A stretch of DNA of 64,000 bases from Patescibacteria group bacterium (GCA_965660445.1 CBFIAK010000001.1:608001-672000), one strand, 5' to 3'. Positions 40,175-50,700 are shown, counted from the stretch's first letter. Numbers and translations: made by a program. The notes: a model not told the origin generated them from the sequence alone.

Positions 40175-41092
40175 CTAATTAAGTTTTTTGGATTCGATGT
40201 ATGCATCAATGGATTTTTGGGTAGAAACCCAATTACGACCTTCTTTATAAGCGTCAATTAAGCCTCGGCGAGCAAGCAAACCTAGATATTCTGCTGAATA
40301 AGGAGTTTGAGGCGCCAGCATAGAAAGTGGTTGATAGATTTCTTTTTCTGTTTGTACATAAAAGACTGAAAGATACATATCGAGTGACCGTTCTATTGCC
40401 TGAGCGATCAAAAGTTCTATTTTTTTGAAATCTCCATTATTAGCTTTGTTTAAAGCGTCATAGTATTTTTTTCTATCATTTTTTAAAATTACAGCGGGAG
40501 GATATCCCGATCGCATCAGCCATAAATTCATCAACAATCGAGCCGTTCTTCCGTTTCCATCAAAAAATGGATGAATCCATACAAAACGATGATGAATGAA
40601 TGTCGCTAATTCTAAGAGATTTTCTTTTGATTTTCTTTTAATTATCTGTTCTACAAAATCTTTCATGAGTTCCGGAACTTTGTGTCCAGAAGGAGGAATA
40701 AAATTTGCTCCTACAATTCGAACTTGTCCATTTCGATATCTCCCCGCAAAATCTTCTTCAATTCCATCCAGTACAAGTTTATGAAGTTGAAGAATATGAT
40801 CTTCGGTAATGTTTGATTTTTGTTGAATAAGTGATTCTAGGTGCGTAATAGCTTTCTCATGATTTTTTGCTTCAAAATGTTCTCGAAGCGACTTCCCTTT
40901 GATTGTTATGCCCTCCTCTAGGACTAAACGAGTTTCTTGAAGAGTGAGAGTATTCCCTTCAATCGCATTGGAATTGTACGTCCATTCAAGCGATAAATCG
41001 TATTTTAATTTTTTAAGAATAGACGCGGGAAGTGGACGAAGTTGATCCAACTTCTCTTTCTTTTTTTGAATTCGTTGTAAAATTTCTTTCAT
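40175..41092 (-). CDS. Fic-family AMPylase with C-terminal HTH, paralog 2
   Basis: Same length (305 aa) and motifs as 38031..38948, with many synonymous differences. Confidence 0.92.
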   Translation of the reverse strand: MKEILQRIQKKKEKLDQLRPLPASILKKLKYDLSLEWTYNSNAIEGNTLTLQETRLVLEEGITIKGKSLREHFEAKNHEKAITHLESLIQQKSNITEDHILQLHKLVLDGIEEDFAGRYRNGQVRIVGANFIPPSGHKVPELMKDFVEQIIKRKSKENLLELATFIHHRFVWIHPFFDGNGRTARLLMNLWLMRSGYPPAVILKNDRKKYYDALNKANNGDFKKIELLIAQAIERSLDMYLSVFYVQTEKEIYQPLSMLAPQTPYSAEYLGLLARRGLIDAYKEGRNWVSTQKSIDAYIESKKLN

Positions 41093-41126
41093 ATCGGATA
41101 GTAACTATTTCTATTCTATCCGATAT
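41091..41126. promoter_or_regulatory. Palindromic operator ATATCGGATAG-N14-CTATCCGATAT (copy 2)
   Basis: Identical arms, different 14-nt spacer; overlaps ATG and -10 TAGAAT. Confidence 0.8.
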
Positions 41127-41489
41127 TTTATAAAAAATCAAGAAAATAAAGGCAAATGAAAGGGTTCTATGGTAACCGATGCCCTATGGGGATAGGGCAC
41201 CTTCATTTTTATGAAACTAAACCACAGAAAAGCCTTTTGGGGATTGTATCGCCATTTTAGAAGGGTTCGATACGACGAACGAAGAAAAAAGAAAGCGCTC
41301 GCAGAGCATTTTCTTTTGGCGAGTAAGGACGTCACGAAAGAACTATCCCGATTTTTCGGGATAAAAATGAATATCATTTTTTGTGATGAAATCACAAAGT
41401 GCTTGAGTATATGAGGAGCGAAGAGCGAACTACAAATTTTGATTTCCATTTATCTACTAAAGCCAACGAGAGTTGGCTGACAGGACGAT

Positions 41490-41508
41490 ATTCCTGCCGC
41501 GCCTGCCA
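41490..41508 (+). repeat. attR: exact 19-bp duplication of the tRNA-Trp 3' end
   Basis: ATTCCTGCCGCGCCTGCCA identical to 37865-37883. Confidence 0.92.
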
Positions 41509-41636
41509 AAATCAAAAAAACTAAATTTTATATAAAAATTAAAGAGAATGAAAAAATAGATTAGAAAATCATATTTTTTTAAATAATAGATTTAATAAAT
41601 ATTGATAAAAAGTATTTTTTTTGATATAATAAAAGG

Positions 41637-42239
41637 ATGGAAAAAAATATAGAGACAGCCACTCAAGCATCAGATGATGTTACTGAGTTAGTTCCAGTGG
41701 GTGAAAATCCTATTACAGTTGAACATGAAATAGATAAAAAAGCAAAAGAGAAAGAAAGAGAGATAGCCCAAACACAAGAAAAAGACGAAAGAGAGAGGGA
41801 AGAAGCCGAAATATTAAAAATTAAGGAGATGATAGGGGGAAATAACTTTGATTATCCCGAATTCATGAATTTTGAACAACAAATTTTTGTTTCAGAAAAA
41901 CTCACGTCCGAAGAATATTCATCTGAAATATTTAAAAAATTTGGCTCTATAGATAATTGGTCACAAGAAGCTATATGGCTTTTTTCACATCATAGAGCGG
42001 AAATATTAGCAGTTGAAGGAAGGTTTCATGAAGCATTAAAAGATATTACCGTAGCATATAATAATAACATTTTTGATAATCAGGTTACTGTTGGTCTTCT
42101 CTATTTTTTATCAGGTGATCTAGACAGTTATAATTCACATTTAGAAAAACTAGAAGAAATTAAATCTGATGAAAAAAACTCATTAATCTTTCAGATTGAA
42201 GATATTAAAAAACAAGCCGGAACACCTCCCAAAACATAA
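41637..42239 (+). CDS. Hypothetical protein (acidic N-terminus, possible TPR-like helices)
   Basis: TTGATA-N17-TATAAT promoter 6 nt upstream; hairpin terminator at 42266-42300. Confidence 0.65.
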   Translation: MEKNIETATQASDDVTELVPVGENPITVEHEIDKKAKEKEREIAQTQEKDEREREEAEILKIKEMIGGNNFDYPEFMNFEQQIFVSEKLTSEEYSSEIFKKFGSIDNWSQEAIWLFSHHRAEILAVEGRFHEALKDITVAYNNNIFDNQVTVGLLYFLSGDLDSYNSHLEKLEEIKSDEKNSLIFQIEDIKKQAGTPPKT

Positions 42240-42332
42240 TAGTAAAACCTTGCCGATTAACTATTAAAACCTCTTATATCTTATGATAGAGAGGTTTTTT
42301 GCTTTTTCACAAATTTTCTCCATACTTAAATT

Positions 42333-42902
42333 ATGGAAAAATGCAGATGTACTTGGGTTCCTAACAATGACTCTTTATATCAAGAATATCATGACACCCA
42401 ATGGGGGGTTCCCGTTTATGATGACCGATTATTATTTGAAATGTTAATTTTAGAAGGAGCACAGGCTGGCCTCTCTTGGCAAACGATACTTAAAAAACGG
42501 CAGAATTATAAAAAGGCTTTTGATAATTTCGATGCCATAAAGATATCAAAATACAAAGAAACAAAAATACATTCTCTCCTTCAGAATGAAGGTATTATTC
42601 GCAATAAACTCAAAATACAATCGACTATCAAAAACGCACAAGTATTTTTAGAAATCCAAAAAGAGTTTGGGAGTTTTTCTCATTACCTCTGGGGATTTGT
42701 AAACAATACTCCTATTCAAAATAAAATCACAAACCATTCAGATATTCCTACTACTTCTATTATTTCAGACACTCTATCAAAAGACCTAAAATCGAGAGGA
42801 ATGAATTTTGTAGGGTCAACTATTATCTATGCTTTTATGCAGGCGATTGGGATGGTCAACGACCACGAAAAAAAATGCTTTCGATATAAAGACCTTGCAT
42901 AA
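42333..42902 (+). CDS. tag: DNA-3-methyladenine glycosylase I
   Basis: RCTW, YHDTQWG, LEGAQAGLSW, IIRNKLKI, GMVNDH. Confidence 0.95.
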   Translation: MEKCRCTWVPNNDSLYQEYHDTQWGVPVYDDRLLFEMLILEGAQAGLSWQTILKKRQNYKKAFDNFDAIKISKYKETKIHSLLQNEGIIRNKLKIQSTIKNAQVFLEIQKEFGSFSHYLWGFVNNTPIQNKITNHSDIPTTSIISDTLSKDLKSRGMNFVGSTIIYAFMQAIGMVNDHEKKCFRYKDLA

Positions 42903-42923
42903 GAAAACGGGCATCAAAGGAGA

Positions 42924-43200
42924 CTACTCTATCCCCAACGATCCCAATTTCTCAAACAAAAACTCTATTCTTTTATCTACAGACTCCTCTATTGTTGAAG
43001 CTTTATATTCAGGAATACAAATGACCCCAAATCCTCGGTTGGTATATTCCTCTTCCAAAAAATCTCGAATCTGTAGCGCTCCTTGATAATCAAATACTCT
43101 CCCACTCTCTTTCCGGTCATCAAAGTTTTCCAAAATTTCACACAAAAATACCGCATCATAATGAACTGACCCAGCCATATCTTCGAGTTCCGAAGAAATT
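42924..43200 (-). pseudogene. 3' remnant of an AAA_28/NadR-like ATPase gene
   Basis: ISSELEDMAGSVHYDAVFL...DDRKE...LEEEY...VICIP...VDKRIEFL matches the family C-terminus; no Walker A part present. Confidence 0.5.
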
Positions 43201-43942
43201 TTCTGATTTCTTTTTCTCCAATAATGCCAGATTCATACTGCTTTACTTGTACCTGTAGTTGTATCTGAGCGACATTGTTGACTTCCAAAACTCCCTCGAA
43301 ATCAATCCCTCCATCACCAACTTTTCCTGTTTTTTGAGTTGCGGTAAACCCCAGTGACTGTAGTATATATGCTGCTAATTCTTCGAATTGATAGGCATCA
43401 AGTTCTTTAATTCGAGCTTTGATGATTTTATAAAACTCATCTGTATCAAATTCCTTTGGTTGTTCTGCATTGGGATGTAATTTGGGTTTTAATCCAAGTG
43501 CTTCGTATACTTCTCCTTCTTGTTTTATTTGGAAAAAAGTTAGAGAGCTACGCAGTGAATTTTGTAATGGAATAGAAAATTCATGACGATTGATGGTTTC
43601 TTTAAACCATTCTACGCCCCACCGATAAGGGTATTTGCTCGTATTATCTTCTTTGAAATAAAACTTTCCTTTTATTTTTCCTGCAAGTAATTGATTGTCT
43701 CGATACGGACAAAGAATAATATCGCCTTCTTTGATATCATGAATGAATCGATTAATTTGTCCGACATTTATTCGAACATTCCCGTCTGGATTGTCGGGAA
43801 AGTTTTTTCGATATGCATCTTCGATATTTTCTTTGGTATAAGCAGGAAGGCTTGTCTGAAGCCACCCAATTCCAACATAACCATGTTCACGGAATGTATC
43901 GGTAAATTGACCAAATTCGGCACGGATAACAAAAACACTCAT
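43200..43942 (-). pseudogene. Mrr-like type IV restriction endonuclease, C-terminally truncated (ORF reads on to 42989)
   Basis: FEEL...GF...GDGGID...VQVKQY...EKEIR, after which similarity ends abruptly. Confidence 0.7.
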
Positions 43943-43993
43943 GCAGTTATTGTAGCTTTTTTTCTATTTTTTCAAACAAAGCAACCTATGAAA

Positions 43994-44575
43994 TTAGTAC
44001 TTCCGTGGAAAATGTTCTTTGCCTAATTGCCACAAATACTTATCGATTTGTTTCAAATCAAACTCTTCTAAATTATAAAATTCTCTAAATTTCAGGAGAA
44101 TGTTTTTAAAATCAGGATAAGTCTTTAGGTCGGCACTTTTAAAACTACAAAACTTATCTTTCTTTTTGAAATACATCAGGATTTTCTCCAAATATGAATC
44201 GTAAATCGGATATACAATTGGTTTGTGATGGCTACAGTATTTTGTTGCAAAGGAATAGAAGTTCTTGAAAATCCCTTCTTTTACTTCTACATAGGCAATT
44301 TCGTTTACAATTTCCAGATTCTCTTTATTTAGCTTTTGATCAATATTTAAAGCCACAATGTGCTTTGCGACTGCAAATGGAGAAAAAATATTAGTGCTAT
44401 AAAAATCATTCAAAGCACATACTTTTATGAGGACATCATCAAGTTCTGTATTCGTTGGATACGTCTTTGAAAAAAGTTTCTTCAAACTACTTTCTTGTGA
44501 CACATAACTATCGAGAGAATCCCATTTCTTGAGATAATGTTGAACTTCTTGGGGAGCAGGAAAGGGAATGTTCAT
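43994..44575 (-). CDS. Conserved hypothetical protein, possible HhH-glycosylase-like fold
   Basis: LNDFYST, YSFATKYCSHH, YPIYDS, IDKYLW motifs; in operon with R-M genes. Confidence 0.55.
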   Translation of the reverse strand: MNIPFPAPQEVQHYLKKWDSLDSYVSQESSLKKLFSKTYPTNTELDDVLIKVCALNDFYSTNIFSPFAVAKHIVALNIDQKLNKENLEIVNEIAYVEVKEGIFKNFYSFATKYCSHHKPIVYPIYDSYLEKILMYFKKKDKFCSFKSADLKTYPDFKNILLKFREFYNLEEFDLKQIDKYLWQLGKEHFPRKY

Positions 44576-44577
44576 TT

Positions 44578-46077
44578 TTAATTTATTTGAAGTTCTTCAA
44601 TTCCATCTTTCAATACCATTGTAGCAATACAGTCATCTTCGTTATAAAGCAGTATTCTTTCTAATATTTTGGGATCCTTTTTTTCTATGTAGTCATTGAA
44701 CCATTGGATTGATAAAGCTCCTGATGGGCTTTCATCACGCCACCGAAATCCTAGATATTGGGCGATTGCCTTTAATCCATAACTTCCAAGTGGCCAGTCA
44801 GTATCCCTTAATACTATCTGATAAAGGTCTATTACATTTGGATTTTGGAAAAATGCTTCTAATGCATCTTCATTTATTACATTAGGGTATTGTTTTTGCA
44901 TTCGACGGTATGTTGTTTTTTCATGGTGTGAATAGTAATAAACAGCGAAATCATCTTGAGGAAGAGATTTAATATAGTCCCAAAATTTTTTCCATGCTTC
45001 CTCTTCAGCCTTTTCTGAAATTTCTGTAGCAGTAAAATCTAAAAACCTTTCTCCTTGCGGTGATCGTTCATAAACCCCGTGTAAGTAGACAAATTCTTGA
45101 GTTGGGTCGTCTTCAATATCAAAAAATAATTCGTAAGTCACTTCTGGGAATACTATTGGGACATGGGCTATCGGTTTTTGAGTTTCGAGCATAATTCCGG
45201 CTCGATTAATAAGCTTTGAAAGAGTTTTTTCTCCCACGCCCTTGAGGAAGGATTTATCTTTTTTCTTTTGTTCAATGGTGCTTTCAATATCTAGTGTTAG
45301 AAGTTCTTCTACTTTATCAATCCCTAGTTCTTCGTTCATTTTATCTCGAACACTTCGTCCAAGATAAAAAATCTTTGTAAGATCCTGTTCGTCTTCACAC
45401 CATTTTTTACAACTATTATACCAAGGACAAAGTTTACAAATTCCCGCCATAGCAGGCTTATTTTGATCTTTATTTTGTAGAAGCAATGAAACATGGTGTT
45501 TAATCTGTTCATAGTATTCCCAAAATGTTTGCTGATTTCTCTTTCCAATAGGAGCGTCAAATTCATATAAAACTTCATTTCCATGTCCATCAAGTATTTT
45601 CCCAAATCTATAACTTCCAAAACCAAGTTTATGAAGAATTTCTGAGTATAAACAAAGTTGGACTGCGTAATGTTTTTTGGGTTTGCCTTCTTCCCCATTT
45701 TCGTCATCTACGCCTTCAAGTCCCATTCCCGATTTAATATCAATAGGAATATATCCACCATCTGGCATGCGTCTTAATAAATCAGGAATCCCAAGAAGAT
45801 TATCTGACCGAATAACCCCTTGATAAATCAAATCAACTCCGTTGTTTATGGCATCCATTGTTTTCTGAAAACGCTCATCTATTGATCCTTCCCCCATATC
45901 CTCAAATTCTCCAATTTTCTGAATCATCTTTTCCTCATGTTGAACTCCTTTTTTCCAAAGAAGTTCCACAAAAGGATTGGCGTCCTGTATCTTTTCCACT
46001 TGGTCCCCATGCTTATCTCTCCACACTTTATGTGGACACTGAATATAATCGTAGAGCTTTGAAGCTGTTATATACAT
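44578..46077 (-). CDS. TM0106-family RecB-like nuclease with RNase H-like C-terminal domain
   Basis: GIPDLL...PIDIK, QLCLY, FFDIE, SYGLKAIA, YNEDDC. Confidence 0.88.
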   Translation of the reverse strand: MYITASKLYDYIQCPHKVWRDKHGDQVEKIQDANPFVELLWKKGVQHEEKMIQKIGEFEDMGEGSIDERFQKTMDAINNGVDLIYQGVIRSDNLLGIPDLLRRMPDGGYIPIDIKSGMGLEGVDDENGEEGKPKKHYAVQLCLYSEILHKLGFGSYRFGKILDGHGNEVLYEFDAPIGKRNQQTFWEYYEQIKHHVSLLLQNKDQNKPAMAGICKLCPWYNSCKKWCEDEQDLTKIFYLGRSVRDKMNEELGIDKVEELLTLDIESTIEQKKKDKSFLKGVGEKTLSKLINRAGIMLETQKPIAHVPIVFPEVTYELFFDIEDDPTQEFVYLHGVYERSPQGERFLDFTATEISEKAEEEAWKKFWDYIKSLPQDDFAVYYYSHHEKTTYRRMQKQYPNVINEDALEAFFQNPNVIDLYQIVLRDTDWPLGSYGLKAIAQYLGFRWRDESPSGALSIQWFNDYIEKKDPKILERILLYNEDDCIATMVLKDGIEELQIN

Positions 46078-46080
46078 AAA

Positions 46081-47724
46081 TTATTTTTTTCTATTTAATC
46101 GTCTATCTCGCAATTTCTTCCAAATACTTCTGAGGATAAAGACTTCTTCTTTTTTAAAATTATGCTGTTTGATGAGAAGTTCGTTATCAACTATGTCTAA
46201 AATTTCATCTATCTTTTTCTCTCTCATTAATTGATCGATCTTATCGAAATCTAACTGTATTTCTTTTAGTATCGGAATTCTAATTTCTCCGATCTCAGTT
46301 GGTTCAAAAGTCATTACTCCTCCTCCATAACTACGTCCTGTTACTTCAGAAAAAGCAAAGGAGAGAGAATTTAAAAATGAAATAGCTGCCAATTTCTTAT
46401 TGATCCCGTCTTTGAATTTTACTCGATGGACTGTGTCTGTTGGCATTGCATCAGTTCCATTGAGAATCAATTTGGGGTAATCATTTATCTGTCTTAATGC
46501 AAAAGCATCCGGTGCCCATAAAGACGGTGTTATATACCAATTCTTACGTATTCTACATTTATAGCCAGTATGATAATTTTGATCTTCCCCAAAATTTATA
46601 TACTTTTGGCAAACTTGAGGAAGTTTAGATTTTTCAATATTTTCTGGCATAAAAAGATAAACATCATCTAGAGATTTCGAATTTTTTTGAAAATCAAGCT
46701 TGGAAAAGTTAATTCCTCGTAATTGGTTTGAGCGACTGACTGCTGGTATTACATATGAAGAAAGCTTCCACTCTTTTACTTGATTTTCATTCATCATGAA
46801 AAACTTATTTTGTCCTGTAACAATTCCCACATTTGTGATCATTATTTCAGAACACGAACAGACTCTTTCATCATTTTTAAATCTTTTTAATAGATTTATT
46901 TCTTCTTCTGTTAAAAAGTATTTAGTCCACTTTTCTGAACTATGATCAATCGGTTTCACATTTGATCCATTTATTTTCTCAAAATTTAGAGATTTAAGAT
47001 CATCTAGATTTTCACATTCTATCGTTCGTATTCCCTTTCCATGAGTTACTTTTTTTTCACACAGCAAAAGAACTACTTCTTGTTGAATATCAGAAAATAC
47101 TAATTTTTTAAAGGTTATAATATTAATTCGGTCAAAATATTTCGATAAAAATATCCTTGTTTCTGCTGCGTATTTTACTTGAAATAATTCGGCAGGAATA
47201 ACCATTGCAAGTTTCCCTTTTTCCGTTAGAAGAGATGCTGAAATTACTAAAAATGGAACCCAAATATTAGTTAGTTTATTGGGAGAAAGCCCCAAATCAT
47301 TCATCATTTTTATTGCAATCGATCGGTGATCTTCTGGGAAATTCTGGTATCTAATGAACGGAGGATTTCCAAGAACAACATCATATTTTTCTTTTTTATT
47401 ATTTATGTAATGAAAGAAATCGCTATTAGTAATTATGTCAGGATCAATACCTAATTTCTTTGTGCGATTTTGAGCTCTTAATGCTTCCTCTGGCATTAAT
47501 TCAACTCCTCTTAGTGTTTTACTTATTTGATCATTTTTTAAGCCTAGTTTTTTGAGCCTCAAAATAGAAGATTCTATAAAATTCCCATCACCGCAACTAG
47601 GTTCTAGTATTTTTTTTGTATTTTTTTCGATTCCCCAATTACACAAAAATTCAGTTATTTTTTCAGGAGTATAATATCCTCCTCTTAGTTTTTGTGTCTG
47701 AGTATTCTTTGTTTTATTTTTCAT
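46081..47724 (-). CDS. N6-adenine DNA methyltransferase, M.Eco57I-like companion
   Basis: QKLRGGYYTP, LEPSCGDG, GNPPFIRYQ, GRSYGGGV. Confidence 0.9.
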   Translation of the reverse strand: MKNKTKNTQTQKLRGGYYTPEKITEFLCNWGIEKNTKKILEPSCGDGNFIESSILRLKKLGLKNDQISKTLRGVELMPEEALRAQNRTKKLGIDPDIITNSDFFHYINNKKEKYDVVLGNPPFIRYQNFPEDHRSIAIKMMNDLGLSPNKLTNIWVPFLVISASLLTEKGKLAMVIPAELFQVKYAAETRIFLSKYFDRINIITFKKLVFSDIQQEVVLLLCEKKVTHGKGIRTIECENLDDLKSLNFEKINGSNVKPIDHSSEKWTKYFLTEEEINLLKRFKNDERVCSCSEIMITNVGIVTGQNKFFMMNENQVKEWKLSSYVIPAVSRSNQLRGINFSKLDFQKNSKSLDDVYLFMPENIEKSKLPQVCQKYINFGEDQNYHTGYKCRIRKNWYITPSLWAPDAFALRQINDYPKLILNGTDAMPTDTVHRVKFKDGINKKLAAISFLNSLSFAFSEVTGRSYGGGVMTFEPTEIGEIRIPILKEIQLDFDKIDQLMREKKIDEILDIVDNELLIKQHNFKKEEVFILRSIWKKLRDRRLNRKK

Positions 47725-47728
47725 GAAT

Positions 47729-50700
47729 TTATGTATTATCAGTTAATTCCGAAAGGAATGTATTATTACTTGTTGCTAATTTAAAATCGTCATTACTGAT
47801 GTTATAAATTTTATTAATTTTTTTTATTAATTTTTCCATCAATACATCTATTTTTCGTTCAAATACTGATTTTTCAGTGTCAAAAGATTTATTAAATTTA
47901 TCCTTTGTTTTAATTAGTTCTTTTACTAGTTTTATTATTTCTTCATAGTCGGCAATTTCCTCAGCATTTTGAAAATCAATCAACCGAATAGGAAGATTCT
48001 CAATAAATTGTTTTCCATGAGAATAGTAAGCACCTCTGAATTCACTGGCACCCGCTTTTACCATGTTTTCAAAGACTGGATGAGAGAGGATTCCAAGTAA
48101 GTAAAAAATAGAGTAATCACTATTTTGTAATAAAGAATAATAGGGTCCATTTCCCCCGCCAGTAAACTGTAGATCGTTATTATCAAAAATATAAGCAGGC
48201 TCAGTTGATAAAACTGACCATATAAGCTTTGGTGCGTTGTGAAATCGCGTCAAACTTTGAGAACGACCGAATTGATACCATTTAGGATCACGACCATTTA
48301 GGCTTCTAACTTCTAGAACAGCTTTATGCTTATTTAAATACTCCCAACACAAAGGATATTCAGTTTGAAGAAATTTCTCAGAAAATAACTCAGCCCGATC
48401 TGTTATCTTATATGGGAAAATCATTTGAGCATTTCCGCTAATGGTATCAAATAAATCAAAAGATAGATCATATATGCAGGGGCGACATATATCCTTCTCT
48501 ATTTCATAACGAATACCATCTTTAGAAAAAATAAATTTCTCATTCGTTTCATTTTCGGGAGTGAATATATAAATAGGATCTTTACTGGTTTGAAGTCCCA
48601 CCGCAATTTCTGCCACCTCTTTTAATTTTTTTATATTTTGAGAATAAATATTATTAAATATGGCTTCTACTTCTGGTTGCAAGAAGATCCATGGATCGCT
48701 GTTGTATTTTTCGGTCTTATAGGTTCCCCATGTGTTGTCTGATAAAATTTCCGGAGTAATTTTATCTATTTTTTTGAATTGGAAATTATTGGTATGTTCT
48801 TTTTGAATAACAATAATTGCAGTGTAAGTGGATCTTTCAGGGAAAATCTGTGTTATTCCAAAATGAACAAGCTTTGACAGCTGACTATTTTCTGTAATAT
48901 ATTTTCTTAAGCTTTTCCCTCCCTTGTTTATAAAGAATTTATGTGGAACGATATAACCAAGAAATCCCTTGGCATTTAATAGTAAGATTGCTCTTTGTAT
49001 GAATACGTAATACTTATCAATACTTTCTTTTGTTGCAACACTAAATCCGGAGTCTTTGGATTGATAGTATTTAATTTCTTCAGGAGTGTATTTAACAAGA
49101 TTCTGAATTCGAACATATGGAGGGTTTCCGACGATAGCGTCAAATCCTTTGGTACTCTTTAAAAATGGAAATTCTTTCTCCCAATCAAATGGTTTTGTTC
49201 TTAACAACAAAGTATCGCTTAAAGACGACCCCATGAAATCATAAAATTTTGAATCAACTAGCGAATTACCACATTTTATATTTTCTTTTAGATCTGGGAG
49301 TACTCTTTCTGAGAATTGATCGATAAAATTATCGACAGTTGCTGCTGTTTCATCCTCCAATAATTTCAAGAGAAGACTAAATTTAGTTACTTCTGCTGCA
49401 TAAGGGTTTATATCTACTCCATGAATGATGTTTTCAAGAATTTTCCTTTTGGAATTTACGGTAAGAGCAAAACTGTTGTCGCTTTTTTTAATTATTAATT
49501 TTTGATCATCAACGCCTTCTTCTATGAATTTCTCAATAATGGTTCGAAGCAAATAATCATAGGATGAAATTAAAAAAGTTCCTGATCCACAACATATGTC
49601 AGAAATTTTTAGTTTTAATATTTCATCAGAAGTTTTTTCACTAATTATTGGGTTCAAAGTTTCTTGTACAATTTTTTCCACTATAATTTTTGGAGTTGGA
49701 ACAACTCCATTAGATGCGGAAACTTCAGGCTCTTCCAATATTGAAAGCTGCCTTTTTTCATCAAGAACGATTTTGCTTCCTAGGAATTTTTCATAAATTT
49801 GACTAAGTATGCTGGTATCAACAACAGAAAAGTCGTAAGGACTTAGGGGATAGTAAAGCTCACTGAATACTTCAATTAAAACCTCAGAATCAATTTCTAT
49901 CTTGAGTGATAATCTATCTTCAATAAAATCAAATAACCCCGAATTATATTTTTTATCTGACTGAATAAATATCTCTTTTAATGCTTTATAATCTTTGATA
50001 TTTTTTAGTGTTTCAAATTTCTCGATTGATCGATCTTCACAAATTCTTAAAAATATAATTTTATTAAGAAGTCGTTGAATTAAGAAATTTATACTTTCAT
50101 TATCAATTTCTTTATTCAGCTTAACTGCTGACTCTGCCAAGGTTTTTCTCCATTTTTCAATTTGTTCTAGGAAATGATTATCAAACGTTTCTCCCATCCT
50201 TTCATAGACGGAGTAAAGATCATCTATTCGCCCAGAAGCAGCTGAATGATAAGAAATTATGTCCTGTATTTCTTCAAACGCCTTTTCATATTCGGTATAT
50301 TTGAATTTTTTAATTCTTGCTACGTGTTCTCCATCTGAAGAATTAGGTTTAAATCTGCAATCATAAATAACCAGGTCTTCAAAATTTGTAAGAATTGATA
50401 TTCCAAGATTTGCATTCCATCCATATCTTCTTGTTTGAAAAGCAGATTTTGCAGATTTAAGGATATTAACACTGGGTTTTTTTGCTTCAACAAAAAGTTT
50501 TCTGGTTCCGTTAACTCGGAGTGTGTAGTCGGGATTTTTTTTGGAAATAGAATCTTCGACCTCAATATATTCCTCTTGAATTACATCTCTCAAAAATTGA
50601 GTTTGTCTTTTTTTATTATCAACATCCCATCCAAGCGATTTTAAAAGGGGGTCAATAAAATCATTTCGCAGTTGAGTTTCATTATATGAAGCCTTTAGAT

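Larger units (their letters stand above)
40028..41489. mobile_element. tRNA-Trp-integrated mini-element 2 (Fic only, no integrase)
   Basis: Lies between att copies at 40009 and 41490; same left end, Fic gene and operator as element 1. Confidence 0.7.

Noticed and set aside
41138-41449. Short ORFs 41138..41449 (-) and 41211..41414 (+) as an integrase remnant
   Set aside because: No R-H-R-Y tyrosine-recombinase or serine-recombinase motifs visible
37884-41489. Integron cassette array
   Set aside because: No intI and no GTTRRRY/RYYYAAC attC cores; boundaries are tRNA 3'-end copies
42924-43178. Simple frameshifted C-terminus of Mrr
   Set aside because: The peptide lacks the expected Mrr C-terminal pattern and resembles an AAA_28 tail instead
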